Source of the DNA: a virus
Taxonomy: Duplodnaviria > Caudoviricetes
Length of the DNA stretch: 53,922 nt
IMG/VR virus record: IMGVR_UViG_3300010354_000116
Coordinates: 1-53,922 of that record
Reading direction: 5' to 3' (one strand)
Both the position numbers and the translations under genes were made by a program. The notes beneath the pieces were generated by a model, which saw only the letters and a program-made list of their open reading frames with translations, was not told the DNA's origin and did no database searches. Positions 1-9,345 of this stretch are shown here, piece by piece. Position 1 is the first letter of the stretch; each line of letters opens with the position of its first letter.

Positions 1-1
1 C

Positions 2-436
2 GCCTTCGCCTTCGCCTTCTGCACCGTCTATAACGTCACCTGTTACCTTGGGGTTATCCAGTTCAAAGGCATAGTCGCGCACGCGCTTAAACTTTACAGA
101 TGGGTTGCTGTGCCCCTTGTGTGCCTCGAAGAACTCTCGACGCAACAACTCCAATACCTTCGCCAAGTATGACGTTTCTCTGTATTGCACCGTTGACCAA
201 TGCCTTCCGGCAATATGGCCGGCCTCACGCATGCGCAGATTAAACAGGGCCGCGATGGCCCTTTCTGTGGAGCCGGCCAGCTTCTCACCTGCAATGCCTA
301 CCGCGCAGAGCGAGGTTATTGACTGGTTCTTCACGACACCTTCCAGTTGCAATTGTGTCGCCTTGTCGCCTAGGGCAACGATCTCGCCTGCTAGTGAAGT
401 GTATGTGCCTACGTTCATAGTGTTTACGTTTTCCAT
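2..436 (-). CDS. hypothetical early protein, 3' end runs off the window
   Basis: Not in the ORF track. ATG at 436 with AGGA upstream; frame open to the window edge (MENVNTMNVGTY...HKGHSNPSVKFKRVRDYA...GEGEG); promoter-like element upstream. Confidence 0.7.
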   Translation of the reverse strand, partial: MENVNTMNVGTYTSLAGEIVALGDKATQLQLEGVVKNQSITSLCAVGIAGEKLAGSTERAIAALFNLRMREAGHIAGRHWSTVQYRETSYLAKVLELLRREFFEAHKGHSNPSVKFKRVRDYAFELDNPKVTGDVIDGAEGEGEG

Positions 437-491
437 GATGCTTTCCTTTTGTGGCCCGGCCAGCGCGGGCAATTGGTTAGCTGGCGAAGCC

Positions 492-519
492 ATAATAGCA
501 TAATGTGGTACATTCTGAA
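492..519 (-). promoter_or_regulatory. putative sigma70-type promoter
   Basis: Minus strand TTCAGA-16 nt-TATTAT with TG at the extended -10 position, about 55 nt upstream of the ATG at 436. Confidence 0.4.
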
Positions 520-541
520 AAAATCTGTCCGAGAATAATTC

Positions 542-559
542 ACCTAACAATTGTTAGGT
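542..559. promoter_or_regulatory. 18-bp perfect palindrome, putative operator (copy 1)
   Basis: ACCTAACAATTGTTAGGT; identical copy at 52912-52929, one-mismatch copy at 50987-51004. Confidence 0.6.
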
Positions 560-589
560 ACCGGCATCGAAAATGGGGTGGCGATACGT

Positions 590-806
590 TGACCCCACCT
601 ACCCGGCACCCCCCGATTGTGGCGCGAAGGGTGCCCGCCCCCTTTATTTACTATTCCACTCAAACAATCCTGCGTTTTAACAACGACCCCCATAACTTTG
701 TACCCCACCCCCTCTTGTTTTTACGGCACTCGCTACACCCCCACCCCTCTTGCTATGGGAACACCCTCCGTCATGGGACCCACGTATTTTTGCCCCCACC
801 CCCACT
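590..806. repeat. C-tract-rich non-coding region between divergent early and late genes
   Basis: Many C3-C6 runs almost all on the + strand; near-duplicates TACCCCACCCCCTCTTG (701-717) and CACCCCCACCCCTCTTG (736-752). Confidence 0.6.
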
Positions 807-880
807 ATGCGTGTATTGCGCACGCTAAGAAAACTCGGTAGGCTGCGCGTACTTCGGTATCTACTACCTGCGAATCTTCT

Positions 881-1519
881 ATGTCAGTTGTAAAAATTGA
901 GCCTACCAAGGAACACCCTGTTCCGTACGACACCCGCGAAGAACAACCAGCGACGTTGCTGGAAGAGATGGCTGTTGCTGCCAACACCATTGAGCTGCAG
1001 TTAGAGCTAGGTGCGCAGCTGGATATCTCCGAGGGCGACATTGAGCGAGAAAAAGAGCTTTTGCGCTCTGTTGCCGAGGCACGGCAGACCACTCCTTTAC
1101 GTGAACCCAACACTGCGTATGCGGCGGCAGCCTTTCTGCGTACTTACGGCGCACAGTTGGCCCTTGATGCGGCGCAGGCTCGGGCGGCTATTACCAACAA
1201 GTTGATGGAGTTGGCGAACTGCGGTGACCCCCGGCACGAGCTGAAGGCGCTTGAGTTGCTGGGTAAGCACAGTGATATTGGTATCTTCAGTGAGCGCAGT
1301 GAGATTTCCGTGAACTACAAGGACGCCGATGACTTGGAACGTGCCATTCGTGAGCGTGTGAAACGCTTGCTCAATGCAACCGTAGTGCATGAGGTGCCGC
1401 TGGGCGAAGCCTTGGATGAGGAGTTGGGCGTTGTGGCGCGAAAGTATGTACCCCAAACGGCCTTGGATGATGCCTTGGATACCCCGTACGAGTCGGTGGA
1501 GGACGAGGATGAGCGGTAA
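881..1519 (+). CDS. terS: putative terminase small subunit
   Basis: 212-aa ORF directly upstream of and overlapping the terL start; ELKALELLGKHSDIGIF segment resembles TerS C-termini. Confidence 0.6.
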   Translation: MSVVKIEPTKEHPVPYDTREEQPATLLEEMAVAANTIELQLELGAQLDISEGDIEREKELLRSVAEARQTTPLREPNTAYAAAAFLRTYGAQLALDAAQARAAITNKLMELANCGDPRHELKALELLGKHSDIGIFSERSEISVNYKDADDLERAIRERVKRLLNATVVHEVPLGEALDEELGVVARKYVPQTALDDALDTPYESVEDEDER

Positions 1520-3052
1520 AAAAGCCGACCCGTTCAGCAGTCTTAGTATTAAGGACATACCCACAGTGCTCCCGTTGCTTACTTCAGCGGAGCAAGAACG
1601 GCTTTTGGCTGAGTTGGAGCACTTGGAGAAGCTCAAAGAGCGTAAAAAGCGCAGACGCGCTTCAATGATTTCGTTAAACAGATGTGGCCGACGTTTATCA
1701 GTGGTCGACACCATGCCATTATGGCCGATGCCTTCGAGCGGGTGGCTAAGGGGGAGTGCAAACGGCTGATAATCAACATGCCGCCGCGTCATACCAAGTC
1801 AGAATTTGCCTCTTACCTGCTTCCGGCGTGGTTTTTGGGTAAATTTCCGCATAAAAAGGTGATCCAGACTGCCCACACTGCCGAGTTGGCGGTGGGTTTT
1901 GGTCGAAAAGTGCGAAATTTGGTCGACACGGAGGCTTATCGGGACGTTTTTCCCGGTTTGGTGCTCTCTGCCGACTCAAAAGCAGCGGGTAGATGGAATA
2001 CGAGCAAGGGGGGAGACTACTTTGCGATAGGTGTGGGGGGTGCGGTGACCGGTAAAGGTGCCGACCTGCTCATTATTGACGACCCGCACTCCGAACAAGA
2101 GGCCACACTGGCCGATGTGAACCCCGAAATCTACGACAAGGTGTACGAGTGGTATACATCCGGTCCCCGGCAGCGTTTGCAGCCCGGAGGGTCCATCGTC
2201 GTCGTTATGACACGGTGGGGTCTGCGTGATCTTACGGCGCAAGTACTCAAGTCCAGTGCGCAACGTGGGGCCGACGAGTGGGAAGTGATCGAGTTCCCCG
2301 CTATTTTGCCGTCAGGCAATGCGCTGTGGCCGCAGTTCTGGTCGTTGGATGACCTCAAGGCACTGCGTGAAGAACTCCCCCCGTCAAAGTGGATGGCGCA
2401 GTACCAACAGCAACCCACTTCGGACACCGCCGCTATCGTCAAACGGGACTGGTGGAAACGTTGGGAGCCGGATGAACCCCCTGAGTGTGATTTTGTGCTG
2501 CAGGCGTGGGATACGGCGTTCGAGGCCAACAACCGCTCAGACTACTCTGCGTGCACCACGTGGGGAGTGTTCTTCAACGAGAACACCGATAACTACAACA
2601 TCATCCTGCTTAATGCCTACAAAGATCGTATGGAGTTTCCCACCCTCAAACGCGTGGTGATGGAGCAGTATGACGAGTACCAACCCGACAGTTTGATCGT
2701 GGAGAAAAAAGCCTCTGGTGCGCCGCTGATTTACGAGCTTAGGGCTATGGGAGTACCTGTACAGGAATACACCCCGGTGCGGGGCACCGTGCTCAACCCA
2801 AACAACAAGACGGTACGCCTGAACTCCGTTTCGGATATGTTTGCTTCTGGTGTAGTATGGGCTCCGCAGCGCCGCTGGGCCGATGAGGTCATTGACGAGG
2901 TAGCAAGTTTTCCTTCTGGCGAACACGATGACTACGTGGACTCCACTATTATGGCGCTGATGCGCTTTCGACAAGGCGGCTTCCTGCGTCTGCCAAGTGA
3001 TGAGAAGGAACAGCGTCGAGAATTCCGGTACCGCAAAGGTGGCTACTATTAA
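1509..3052 (+). CDS. terL: terminase large subunit; N-terminal ~46 codons are in a different frame (shift near 1644-1649)
   Basis: RLIINMPPRHTKS (Walker A region), LLIIDDP (Walker B), RNase H-like nuclease motifs AWDTAF...SDYSA and HDDYVDS. The intact frame in the ORF track is 1682-3052. Confidence 0.93.
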
Positions 3053-3063
3053 AGGGGTCAACA

Positions 3064-5493
3064 ATGGCAATTGAAAAGAGCTTGTACACGCTGCCGCAAG
3101 GGATCAGCGATGAGGGCATGGGAGCTGAGATCGAGATTGAGATCGGGCTGCCCGGAGCGCCGGAAATCACCATGCTGGAGGATGGCGGGGTGGAAATAAC
3201 CCTTGAGCCCTCCGAAGACGATGAGCTGGAAGCGGCACCGTTCGACGCCAACCTTGCCGAGTACATGGACGACGGGGACATGTCGACTCTTGCCAAAGAG
3301 CTGCTGGGGTTTGTACAGGCAGACATCGACAGCCGCAAAGACTGGGCCGACACATTCGTCAAAGGTCTGGAAGTGCTGGGCTTCAAGTACGAGGAGCGCA
3401 CCGACCCGTGGGAAGGCGCGTGTGGGGTCTACTCTACCGTGCTGGCCGAAGCTGTCATTCGCTTCCAAGCAGAAGCTATGTCCGAGACGTTCCCTGCTGC
3501 TGGCCCCGTCAAGACAAAGATCATTGGTGAGATCACCAAGCAGAAAGAAGACGCTGCCTTGCGAGTCAAGGTGGATATGAATTACGAGCTGACCGACGTG
3601 ATGACCGAGTACCGCCCTGAGCACGAGCGGATGCTGTACACACTGGGGCTGGCCGGGTCTGCGTTCAAGAAGGTGTATTTCGACCCCAATATAGGTAGGC
3701 AAGTAGCCATATTTGTCCCCCCAGAAGATGTGATCGTGCCTTACGGCGCATCTAACATCGAGAGCGCGGAGCGCGTTACGCACGTCATGCGAAAGACCAA
3801 GAACGATCTGGTCAAGCTGCAGGCAGCGGGGTTCTACCGTGAGGTCGACCTTGGCGAGCCGTCGCCGTTTCGCACCGACATTGAGGAGAAAAAAGCGGAA
3901 GAAGGTGGGTTCTCAATCACCGACGACGACCGCTACGCTCTGTACGAGATTCACGCCGACCTCATTATTGACGGTATAGATGAGGAAGAAGGGGATGACG
4001 CGCAGCAGATTGCCAAGCCATACGTCGTGACCGTTGAGCGAGGATCGAACACGATCCTGTCAGTTCGACGCAATTGGAACCCAGACGACCCTCTGATGCT
4101 CAAGCGGCAGCACTTCGTGCACTACGTGTACGTGCCGGGGTTCGGGTTCTACGGCTTGGGGCTGATCCACATTATCGGCGGCTACGCTAAGGCCGGTACT
4201 TCAATCATTCGACAGCTGGTCGACTCAGGCACGCTGTCTAATTTGCCCGCAGGGTTGAAAACTCGTGGGTTGCGAATCAAGGGCGACGATACGCCCCTTA
4301 CCCCCGGTGAGTTCCGTGATGTAGATATCCCGTCGGGCGCGTTGCGCGACAACATCATGCCGCTGCCGTACAAGGAGCCAAGCCAGACCCTGCTGGCGTT
4401 GTTGAATCGTATTACTGAAGAGGGTCGCCGTCTGGGAGCAATCTCGGACATGAACATCAGTGACATGAGTGCCAACGCGCCAGTAGGGACCACCCTCGCC
4501 CTGCTTGAACGTACTCTCAAGCCAATGGCGGCGGTGCAGTCCCGCGTCCACTATACGATGAAGCAGGAGTTCAAGCTGCTCAAGGCGTTGATCGCTGAGT
4601 ACGCCCCTGAAGACTACACATACCTGCCTGATCGTGGAGCCCCACGGGCCAAGCGTGAAGACTACGCGGTGGTTGAGGTTATCCCAGTATCTGACCCCAA
4701 CAGCAGCACAATGGCCCAGCGCGTGGTGCAGTACCAAGCCGTGCTGCAGATGGCGCAGCAAGCTCCGCAGATATACGACCTGCCGCAGTTGCATCGTCAG
4801 ATGATTGAGGTGCTGGGGGTAAAGAACGCGGACAAGCTCGTTCCGACCAAGGACGACATCAAGCCTGCCGATCCCGTCAGCGAGAACATGAATGCGCTGG
4901 TGGGCAAGCCGGTCAAAGCGTTTATCTACCAAGACCACGACGCTCACATTGCGACGCACCAGTCCTTCATGCAAGACCCGCAGATCATGGCGTTTATTGG
5001 GCAGAACCCTGCGGCGCAGCAGATCGTGGGGGCTTTGAATGCCCACATAGCGGAGCACATTGCGTTTGCTTACCGTCAACAGATAGAAAATGCGCTGGGA
5101 GCCCCATTGCCAGCCCCCAACGCCGAGCTGTCCGAGGAGATGGAGGTCAAGTTGGCGAGCCTGATTGCCGAGGCTGCACAACAAAACACGCAGCAGAAGC
5201 AGGCCGCTGCAGCGCAGCAAGCAGCACAGCAACAAGCCCAAGACCCGATCATCCAGATGCAGATGCAAGAGCTGCAGCTCAAAGCCGCCGAGCAACAACG
5301 CAAGGCGCAAAAAGATCAGGCCGATACCGCTATCGAGGCAGCTCGCCTACAGCTGGACGCAAGAAAGGCGCGAAGCACGGAGGTACTGGAGGCTACTCGT
5401 ATCGCTGCGATGACCGATCAGGCAAACGCCAAGCAGGATTTGGATGAGGCGCAGGCAATTATTGGTCTGGCAAAAATACGACTAGAGGAATAA
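3064..5493 (+). CDS. portal protein (P22-like) with Q/A-rich coiled-coil tail
   Basis: 809 aa directly after terL; GSAFKKVYFDP and GFGFYGLG motifs; long helical C-terminus. Confidence 0.85.
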   Translation: MAIEKSLYTLPQGISDEGMGAEIEIEIGLPGAPEITMLEDGGVEITLEPSEDDELEAAPFDANLAEYMDDGDMSTLAKELLGFVQADIDSRKDWADTFVKGLEVLGFKYEERTDPWEGACGVYSTVLAEAVIRFQAEAMSETFPAAGPVKTKIIGEITKQKEDAALRVKVDMNYELTDVMTEYRPEHERMLYTLGLAGSAFKKVYFDPNIGRQVAIFVPPEDVIVPYGASNIESAERVTHVMRKTKNDLVKLQAAGFYREVDLGEPSPFRTDIEEKKAEEGGFSITDDDRYALYEIHADLIIDGIDEEEGDDAQQIAKPYVVTVERGSNTILSVRRNWNPDDPLMLKRQHFVHYVYVPGFGFYGLGLIHIIGGYAKAGTSIIRQLVDSGTLSNLPAGLKTRGLRIKGDDTPLTPGEFRDVDIPSGALRDNIMPLPYKEPSQTLLALLNRITEEGRRLGAISDMNISDMSANAPVGTTLALLERTLKPMAAVQSRVHYTMKQEFKLLKALIAEYAPEDYTYLPDRGAPRAKREDYAVVEVIPVSDPNSSTMAQRVVQYQAVLQMAQQAPQIYDLPQLHRQMIEVLGVKNADKLVPTKDDIKPADPVSENMNALVGKPVKAFIYQDHDAHIATHQSFMQDPQIMAFIGQNPAAQQIVGALNAHIAEHIAFAYRQQIENALGAPLPAPNAELSEEMEVKLASLIAEAAQQNTQQKQAAAAQQAAQQQAQDPIIQMQMQELQLKAAEQQRKAQKDQADTAIEAARLQLDARKARSTEVLEATRIAAMTDQANAKQDLDEAQAIIGLAKIRLEE

Positions 5494-5497
5494 CGCC

Positions 5498-5695
5498 GTG
5501 GCTAAAACCGTCTTTGACGTGCTGGACATGAAACTCGCTGAGTCTCAGCGAAGCCAAGAAGAGTTTGTTACATCGGGTGGGGCTAAAGACCATGCGGCGT
5601 ATCGAGAAGCGTGCGGGGTGATCCGGGGTCTAGCCATCGCACGGCAAGAAATACGCGACCTTGCGAAAAACTATATGGAAGACAACGATGATTGA
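5498..5695 (+). CDS. hypothetical protein
   Basis: 65-aa ORF (GTG start) packed between portal and the GroES-like gene. Confidence 0.75.
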   Translation: MAKTVFDVLDMKLAESQRSQEEFVTSGGAKDHAAYREACGVIRGLAIARQEIRDLAKNYMEDNDD

Positions 5696-6110
5696 AAAAA
5701 CTGCAGCAATGCTGGAGCTGGAACAACAACGTAAAGAGAAGATAGAGCAGGAGGAAAAAGCCCGAGAGGCGCTTGAGCAAGCCATTCCGAAACCGACCGG
5801 GTATCACATACTGATTGCGCTACCCAATGTTGAAGAGACGTTTGGCGAGTCCATGCTGTTGAAGGCAGAAAAAACCGTTCGTGACGAGTACATCCTGTCC
5901 ACTATCGGGTTGGTTCTGGATATGGGCGAACAGGCGTACAACGACAAAGACCGTTTCCCCGCTGGTGCGTGGTGCAAGCCGGGGGATTACGTGATGTTCC
6001 GCGCCAATACTGGTACGCGGTTCAAGATAGGCAAGCAGGAATACCGTCTGATGAACGACGATTCCATCCAAGCAATTGTACCTAACCCGAGAGCCATCTC
6101 TCGTGCATAA
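5688..6110 (+). CDS. GroES/Cpn10-like co-chaperonin
   Basis: PTGYHILI...GLVLDMG...CKPGDYVMF...GTRFKIGKQEYRLMNDDSIQAIV follows the Cpn10 pattern; ATG at 5688 overlaps the previous gene. Confidence 0.8.
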   Translation: MIEKTAAMLELEQQRKEKIEQEEKAREALEQAIPKPTGYHILIALPNVEETFGESMLLKAEKTVRDEYILSTIGLVLDMGEQAYNDKDRFPAGAWCKPGDYVMFRANTGTRFKIGKQEYRLMNDDSIQAIVPNPRAISRA

Positions 6111-6120
6111 GGAGTGACCC

Positions 6121-7164
6121 ATGCCGATGCAACAAGTAGAGTTCGATTTTCCGGACCCGGACGCCAAAGGCGGCGTAGAAATAGACGTCGAGGTTCCTGA
6201 AAAGGAGTACAACCTCGAAATTGAAGGGGCTGTAGGGCGCGAGACCGTTAAAAAGCCCAAAAAAGTTGCCGAAGACGACGTAGAAATTGAAGTGGTGGAC
6301 GACACTCCCGAGAAAGACAGGGGGAAAAAGGCGTCTGAGCCACCCGAAGAAGTCACCGACGAGGAGCTGCAGAGCTACTCTGATAAGGTGAAAAAACGAA
6401 TTCAGCACTTCAGCAAGGGGTTCCATGATGAGCGTCGTGCCAAAGAACAGGCACTTCGTGAGCGAGAAGCCCTTGAGCAGTACGCCAAGCAACTGCTGGA
6501 AGAGAACCGCAACCTCAAAGGCTCTGTAGACAAGGGGCATAACGCCCTGATCGAGTCTGCAAAGAAGCAAGTCCAAGTTGAGTTGCAGGCCGCCAAGCAG
6601 AAGTACAAAGAGGCATACGAGTCTGGCAATACCGACGCTATCTTGGAAGCACAAGAGGGACTCAATGCGGTGCAAATCCGCATGGATAAGGTAGCTGGAC
6701 TGAAACCAAGAACTGCTACTGACGACGCGGCTTTACAAACCGTTGATAAAGCTGTACAACAGCGCCAAACAGCTCCCGCTACGACTCAAGTGGCAAGAGA
6801 TGAAAAAGCCGAGTCATGGCGAGCTGAGAATACGTGGTTTGGCAGCGACGACGAGATGACTGCGTACGCGCTGGGTTACCACAGCAAACTGATAAAAGAC
6901 GGGGTAGACCCCCGATCCGACGATTACTACGAGAAAATAAACGCTCGTATGCGAAGAATGTTCCCTGAGAGCTTCGACGAAGACGGGGAAGAGCCAGAAA
7001 CGCCCAAGGCGAAGAAAACTGCCAGTGTAGTCGCACCCGCATCGCGGAGCACAGCGCCTAGAAAGATAAGACTGACAGAATCACAGATAGCGATAGCAAA
7101 ACGATTGGGTGTTCCACTGGCTGAATACGCCAAACAACAGGCTGCGTTAATGAGGAAATCATAA
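6121..7164 (+). CDS. putative capsid scaffolding protein
   Basis: Acidic N-terminus, long coiled coil, C-terminal IAIAKRLGVPLAEYAKQ; located between portal and capsid; AGGAG SD. Confidence 0.7.
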   Translation: MPMQQVEFDFPDPDAKGGVEIDVEVPEKEYNLEIEGAVGRETVKKPKKVAEDDVEIEVVDDTPEKDRGKKASEPPEEVTDEELQSYSDKVKKRIQHFSKGFHDERRAKEQALREREALEQYAKQLLEENRNLKGSVDKGHNALIESAKKQVQVELQAAKQKYKEAYESGNTDAILEAQEGLNAVQIRMDKVAGLKPRTATDDAALQTVDKAVQQRQTAPATTQVARDEKAESWRAENTWFGSDDEMTAYALGYHSKLIKDGVDPRSDDYYEKINARMRRMFPESFDEDGEEPETPKAKKTASVVAPASRSTAPRKIRLTESQIAIAKRLGVPLAEYAKQQAALMRKS

Positions 7165-7610
7165 TGGCTGAGAATAGACTTGATAGAGATTTGGAAAAGC
7201 GTGAGCGTACCCACCGCAAGCAAGCATGGAGACGCCCCGAAGTCCTGCCGACTCCTAACCCGGAGCCGGGATATGTCCACCACTGGGTGCGTATTGCTAC
7301 CCAAGGGCAAGCCGACCCAACCAATGTTTCCTCTAAATTGCGCGAAGGATGGGAACCCGTAAGAGCTGCAGACCACCCCGAAATTTTCTTGGCCGCCATC
7401 GAAAATGAGCGATTCAAGGACAATGTTGTGATTGGTGGCTTGTTGCTGTGCAAAGCGCCAGAAGAGCTGGTGGAGGAGCGTACTGCGTTCCATTCCGACC
7501 AGACCAAAGGGCAGATGCTAGCGGTAGACCAAAACCTGATGCGTGAAAATGACCCGAGAATGCCGATTTTCAATCAGCGCAAAACCTCGGTAACTTTTGG
7601 CAAAGGCTAA
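7164..7610 (+). CDS. conserved head-region hypothetical protein
   Basis: 148 aa, coupled to the scaffold gene by TAATG overlap. Confidence 0.75.
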   Translation: MAENRLDRDLEKRERTHRKQAWRRPEVLPTPNPEPGYVHHWVRIATQGQADPTNVSSKLREGWEPVRAADHPEIFLAAIENERFKDNVVIGGLLLCKAPEELVEERTAFHSDQTKGQMLAVDQNLMRENDPRMPIFNQRKTSVTFGKG

Positions 7611-7626
7611 TTTCTAGGAGTTCATC

Positions 7627-8238
7627 ATGGCTACAACTGCCGCACCCTACGGGCTTCGTCCCGTCAAGCGTGTAGATGGTATGCCCTACGCAGGCGCATA
7701 CTCCACGTACCTGATTAACCCGTCTGGCTATAACACCAACATCTTCTACGGAAGCGTGGTGTACATTAACGCCAACGGCTACATCAATATCGTCACCGGC
7801 ACCGGTGCAGACGCAACCACCAATGACTGGCCCACTGGTTCTACCAGCGCGACTGGTGCTATCGGTGTGTTTGTTGGCTGCAGCTATGTCAATGGACAAG
7901 GGCAGCTGATTTTCAGTCAGTACTACCCAGCCAACACCACTGGCGTGGTGCAGGCGTTTGTCGTAGACGACCCGATGGTTCTGTTCGCCGGTCAGCTTGA
8001 CGGTACAGCCACTCAGGCCGCTGTTGGCGCAAACACTTTCTTCGCTGCTGCTCAGAGCACATCCACTGGTAACACTACCACTGGTAACTCTACTAGCGCG
8101 TTGGATGCAACGGTCGTTACTGTTTCTGCGGCCCTGCGTATTGTGGCGTTCGCCTCCCCGGTATCAGATGCGTTCCCGGACGTGCTGGTTAAAATCAACC
8201 CCGGTTTCCACAGCATGTCTGTGAACACTGGTATTTAA
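7627..8238 (+). CDS. putative capsid decoration/minor capsid protein
   Basis: 203 aa, T/G/A-rich, AGGAG SD, immediately before the major capsid gene. Confidence 0.6.
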   Translation: MATTAAPYGLRPVKRVDGMPYAGAYSTYLINPSGYNTNIFYGSVVYINANGYINIVTGTGADATTNDWPTGSTSATGAIGVFVGCSYVNGQGQLIFSQYYPANTTGVVQAFVVDDPMVLFAGQLDGTATQAAVGANTFFAAAQSTSTGNTTTGNSTSALDATVVTVSAALRIVAFASPVSDAFPDVLVKINPGFHSMSVNTGI

Positions 8239-8251
8239 GGAGTAGGCGACT

Positions 8252-9163
8252 ATGGCTATTTCACGCGCCCAACTACTCAAAGAACTGCTTCCGGGGCTTA
8301 ATGCTCTGTTCGGTCTTGAGTACGCACGTTACGGTGAACAGCACGCTGAGATTTTCGAGACCGAAAGCTCAGACCGTTCGTTTGAAGAAGAAACCAAGCT
8401 GTCTGGCTTTGGTGCAGCCCCGGTTAAAAACGAAGGCGCATCCATTGCGTACGATAACGCGCAGGAAGCATTCACTGCCCGTTACGAGCACCAGACAATT
8501 GCTATGGGCTTCTCCATCACCGAAGAAGCGATGGAAGACAACCTGTACGACAGTCTGTCTACTCGCTACACCAAAGCTCTGGCTCGCGCTATGGCGTACA
8601 CCAAGCAGGTTAAAGCTGCTTCTGTACTGAACAACGCGTTCTCAGGCTCCGGTGTGACCTACGGCGATGGTAAGACTCTGTGCGCCACGGATCACCCGCT
8701 GGTGTCTGGCGGTACAAACAGCAACACGCCCGCAACTCCTGCCGACCTGAACGAGACTTCTCTGGAAGCCGCCGTTATTCAGATCGCTGCGTGGACTGAC
8801 GAACGTGGCCTGCTGATTGCTGCTAAGCCCCGCAAGCTGGTAGTTCCGCCCGCGCTGCAGTTCGTTGCTACTCGTTTGCTCGAAACTGAGCTGCGTCCGG
8901 CAACTGCTGACAACGACATCAACGCTCTGCGCTCTATGGGCAGTGTTCCCGAAGGCTACACAGTCAACAACTACCTGACTGATAGCAATGCGTGGTTCCT
9001 GCTCACTGACGTGCCGAACGGCCTCAAGCACTTTGTTCGTGTTCCGATGCAGACGTCAATGGACGCCGACTTTGACACGGGCAACGCTCGTTACAAAGCG
9101 CGGGAACGTTACAGCTTCGGAGTGAGCGATGCATTGGGTATCTTCGGTTCACCCGGCGCATAA
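8252..9163 (+). CDS. major capsid protein (Mu gpT-like, HK97 fold)
   Basis: MAISRAQLLKELLPGLNALFGLEY N-terminus, KPRKLVVPPAL and YKARERYSFG motifs; TAAGGAG SD; terminator follows. Confidence 0.88.
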   Translation: MAISRAQLLKELLPGLNALFGLEYARYGEQHAEIFETESSDRSFEEETKLSGFGAAPVKNEGASIAYDNAQEAFTARYEHQTIAMGFSITEEAMEDNLYDSLSTRYTKALARAMAYTKQVKAASVLNNAFSGSGVTYGDGKTLCATDHPLVSGGTNSNTPATPADLNETSLEAAVIQIAAWTDERGLLIAAKPRKLVVPPALQFVATRLLETELRPATADNDINALRSMGSVPEGYTVNNYLTDSNAWFLLTDVPNGLKHFVRVPMQTSMDADFDTGNARYKARERYSFGVSDALGIFGSPGA

Positions 9164-9193
9164 GCAGTAAAATCAACAACTTAGGTTGTTACG

Positions 9194-9220
9194 AAAGGGC
9201 TCTTCGGAGCCCTTTTTGTT
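9194..9220 (+). terminator. Rho-independent terminator
   Basis: AAAGGGCTC-TTCG-GAGCCCTTT hairpin followed by TTGTT; UUCG tetraloop. Confidence 0.9.
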
Positions 9221-9226
9221 GTGCGT

Positions 9227-9255
9227 TTGACACCTAAGAGCGTACCTGTTACAAA
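9227..9255 (+). promoter_or_regulatory. putative sigma70-type promoter
   Basis: TTGACA-17 nt-TACAAA with TG at the extended -10; predicted start about 9261. Confidence 0.55.
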
Positions 9256-9261
9256 GGGCTA

Positions 9262-9340
9262 TCCCCGGAACACATTACGCGCTGCAGACCGACCGGGCGG
9301 ACGACATGCAGACTGAAGCGCAACACTCGCATGTGAGGCT
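9262..9340 (+). ncRNA. candidate structured RNA downstream of capsid gene (possibly Mu-gpT-DE motif)
   Basis: Three crossing helices: CCCGG/CCGGG, GCGCTGCAG/CTGAAGCGC, ACATGC/GCATGT. Family assignment rests on location only. Confidence 0.55.
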
Positions 9341-9345
9341 CTAAA

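Noticed and set aside
94-841. Track ORFs 94-294, 105-503, 505-828 and 617-841
   Set aside because: The first two overlap the better-supported - strand gene from 436; the others are Pro/His-rich translations of C-tracts without SDs.
4182-5310. Long antisense ORFs opposite portal and other structural genes
   Set aside because: Expected shadows of GC-biased codon usage; no motifs or SDs.
9175-9190. Hairpin AACAAC-TTAG-GTTGTT before the capsid terminator
   Set aside because: Weak 6-bp stem with only loose resemblance to the 18-bp palindrome; insufficient support alone.
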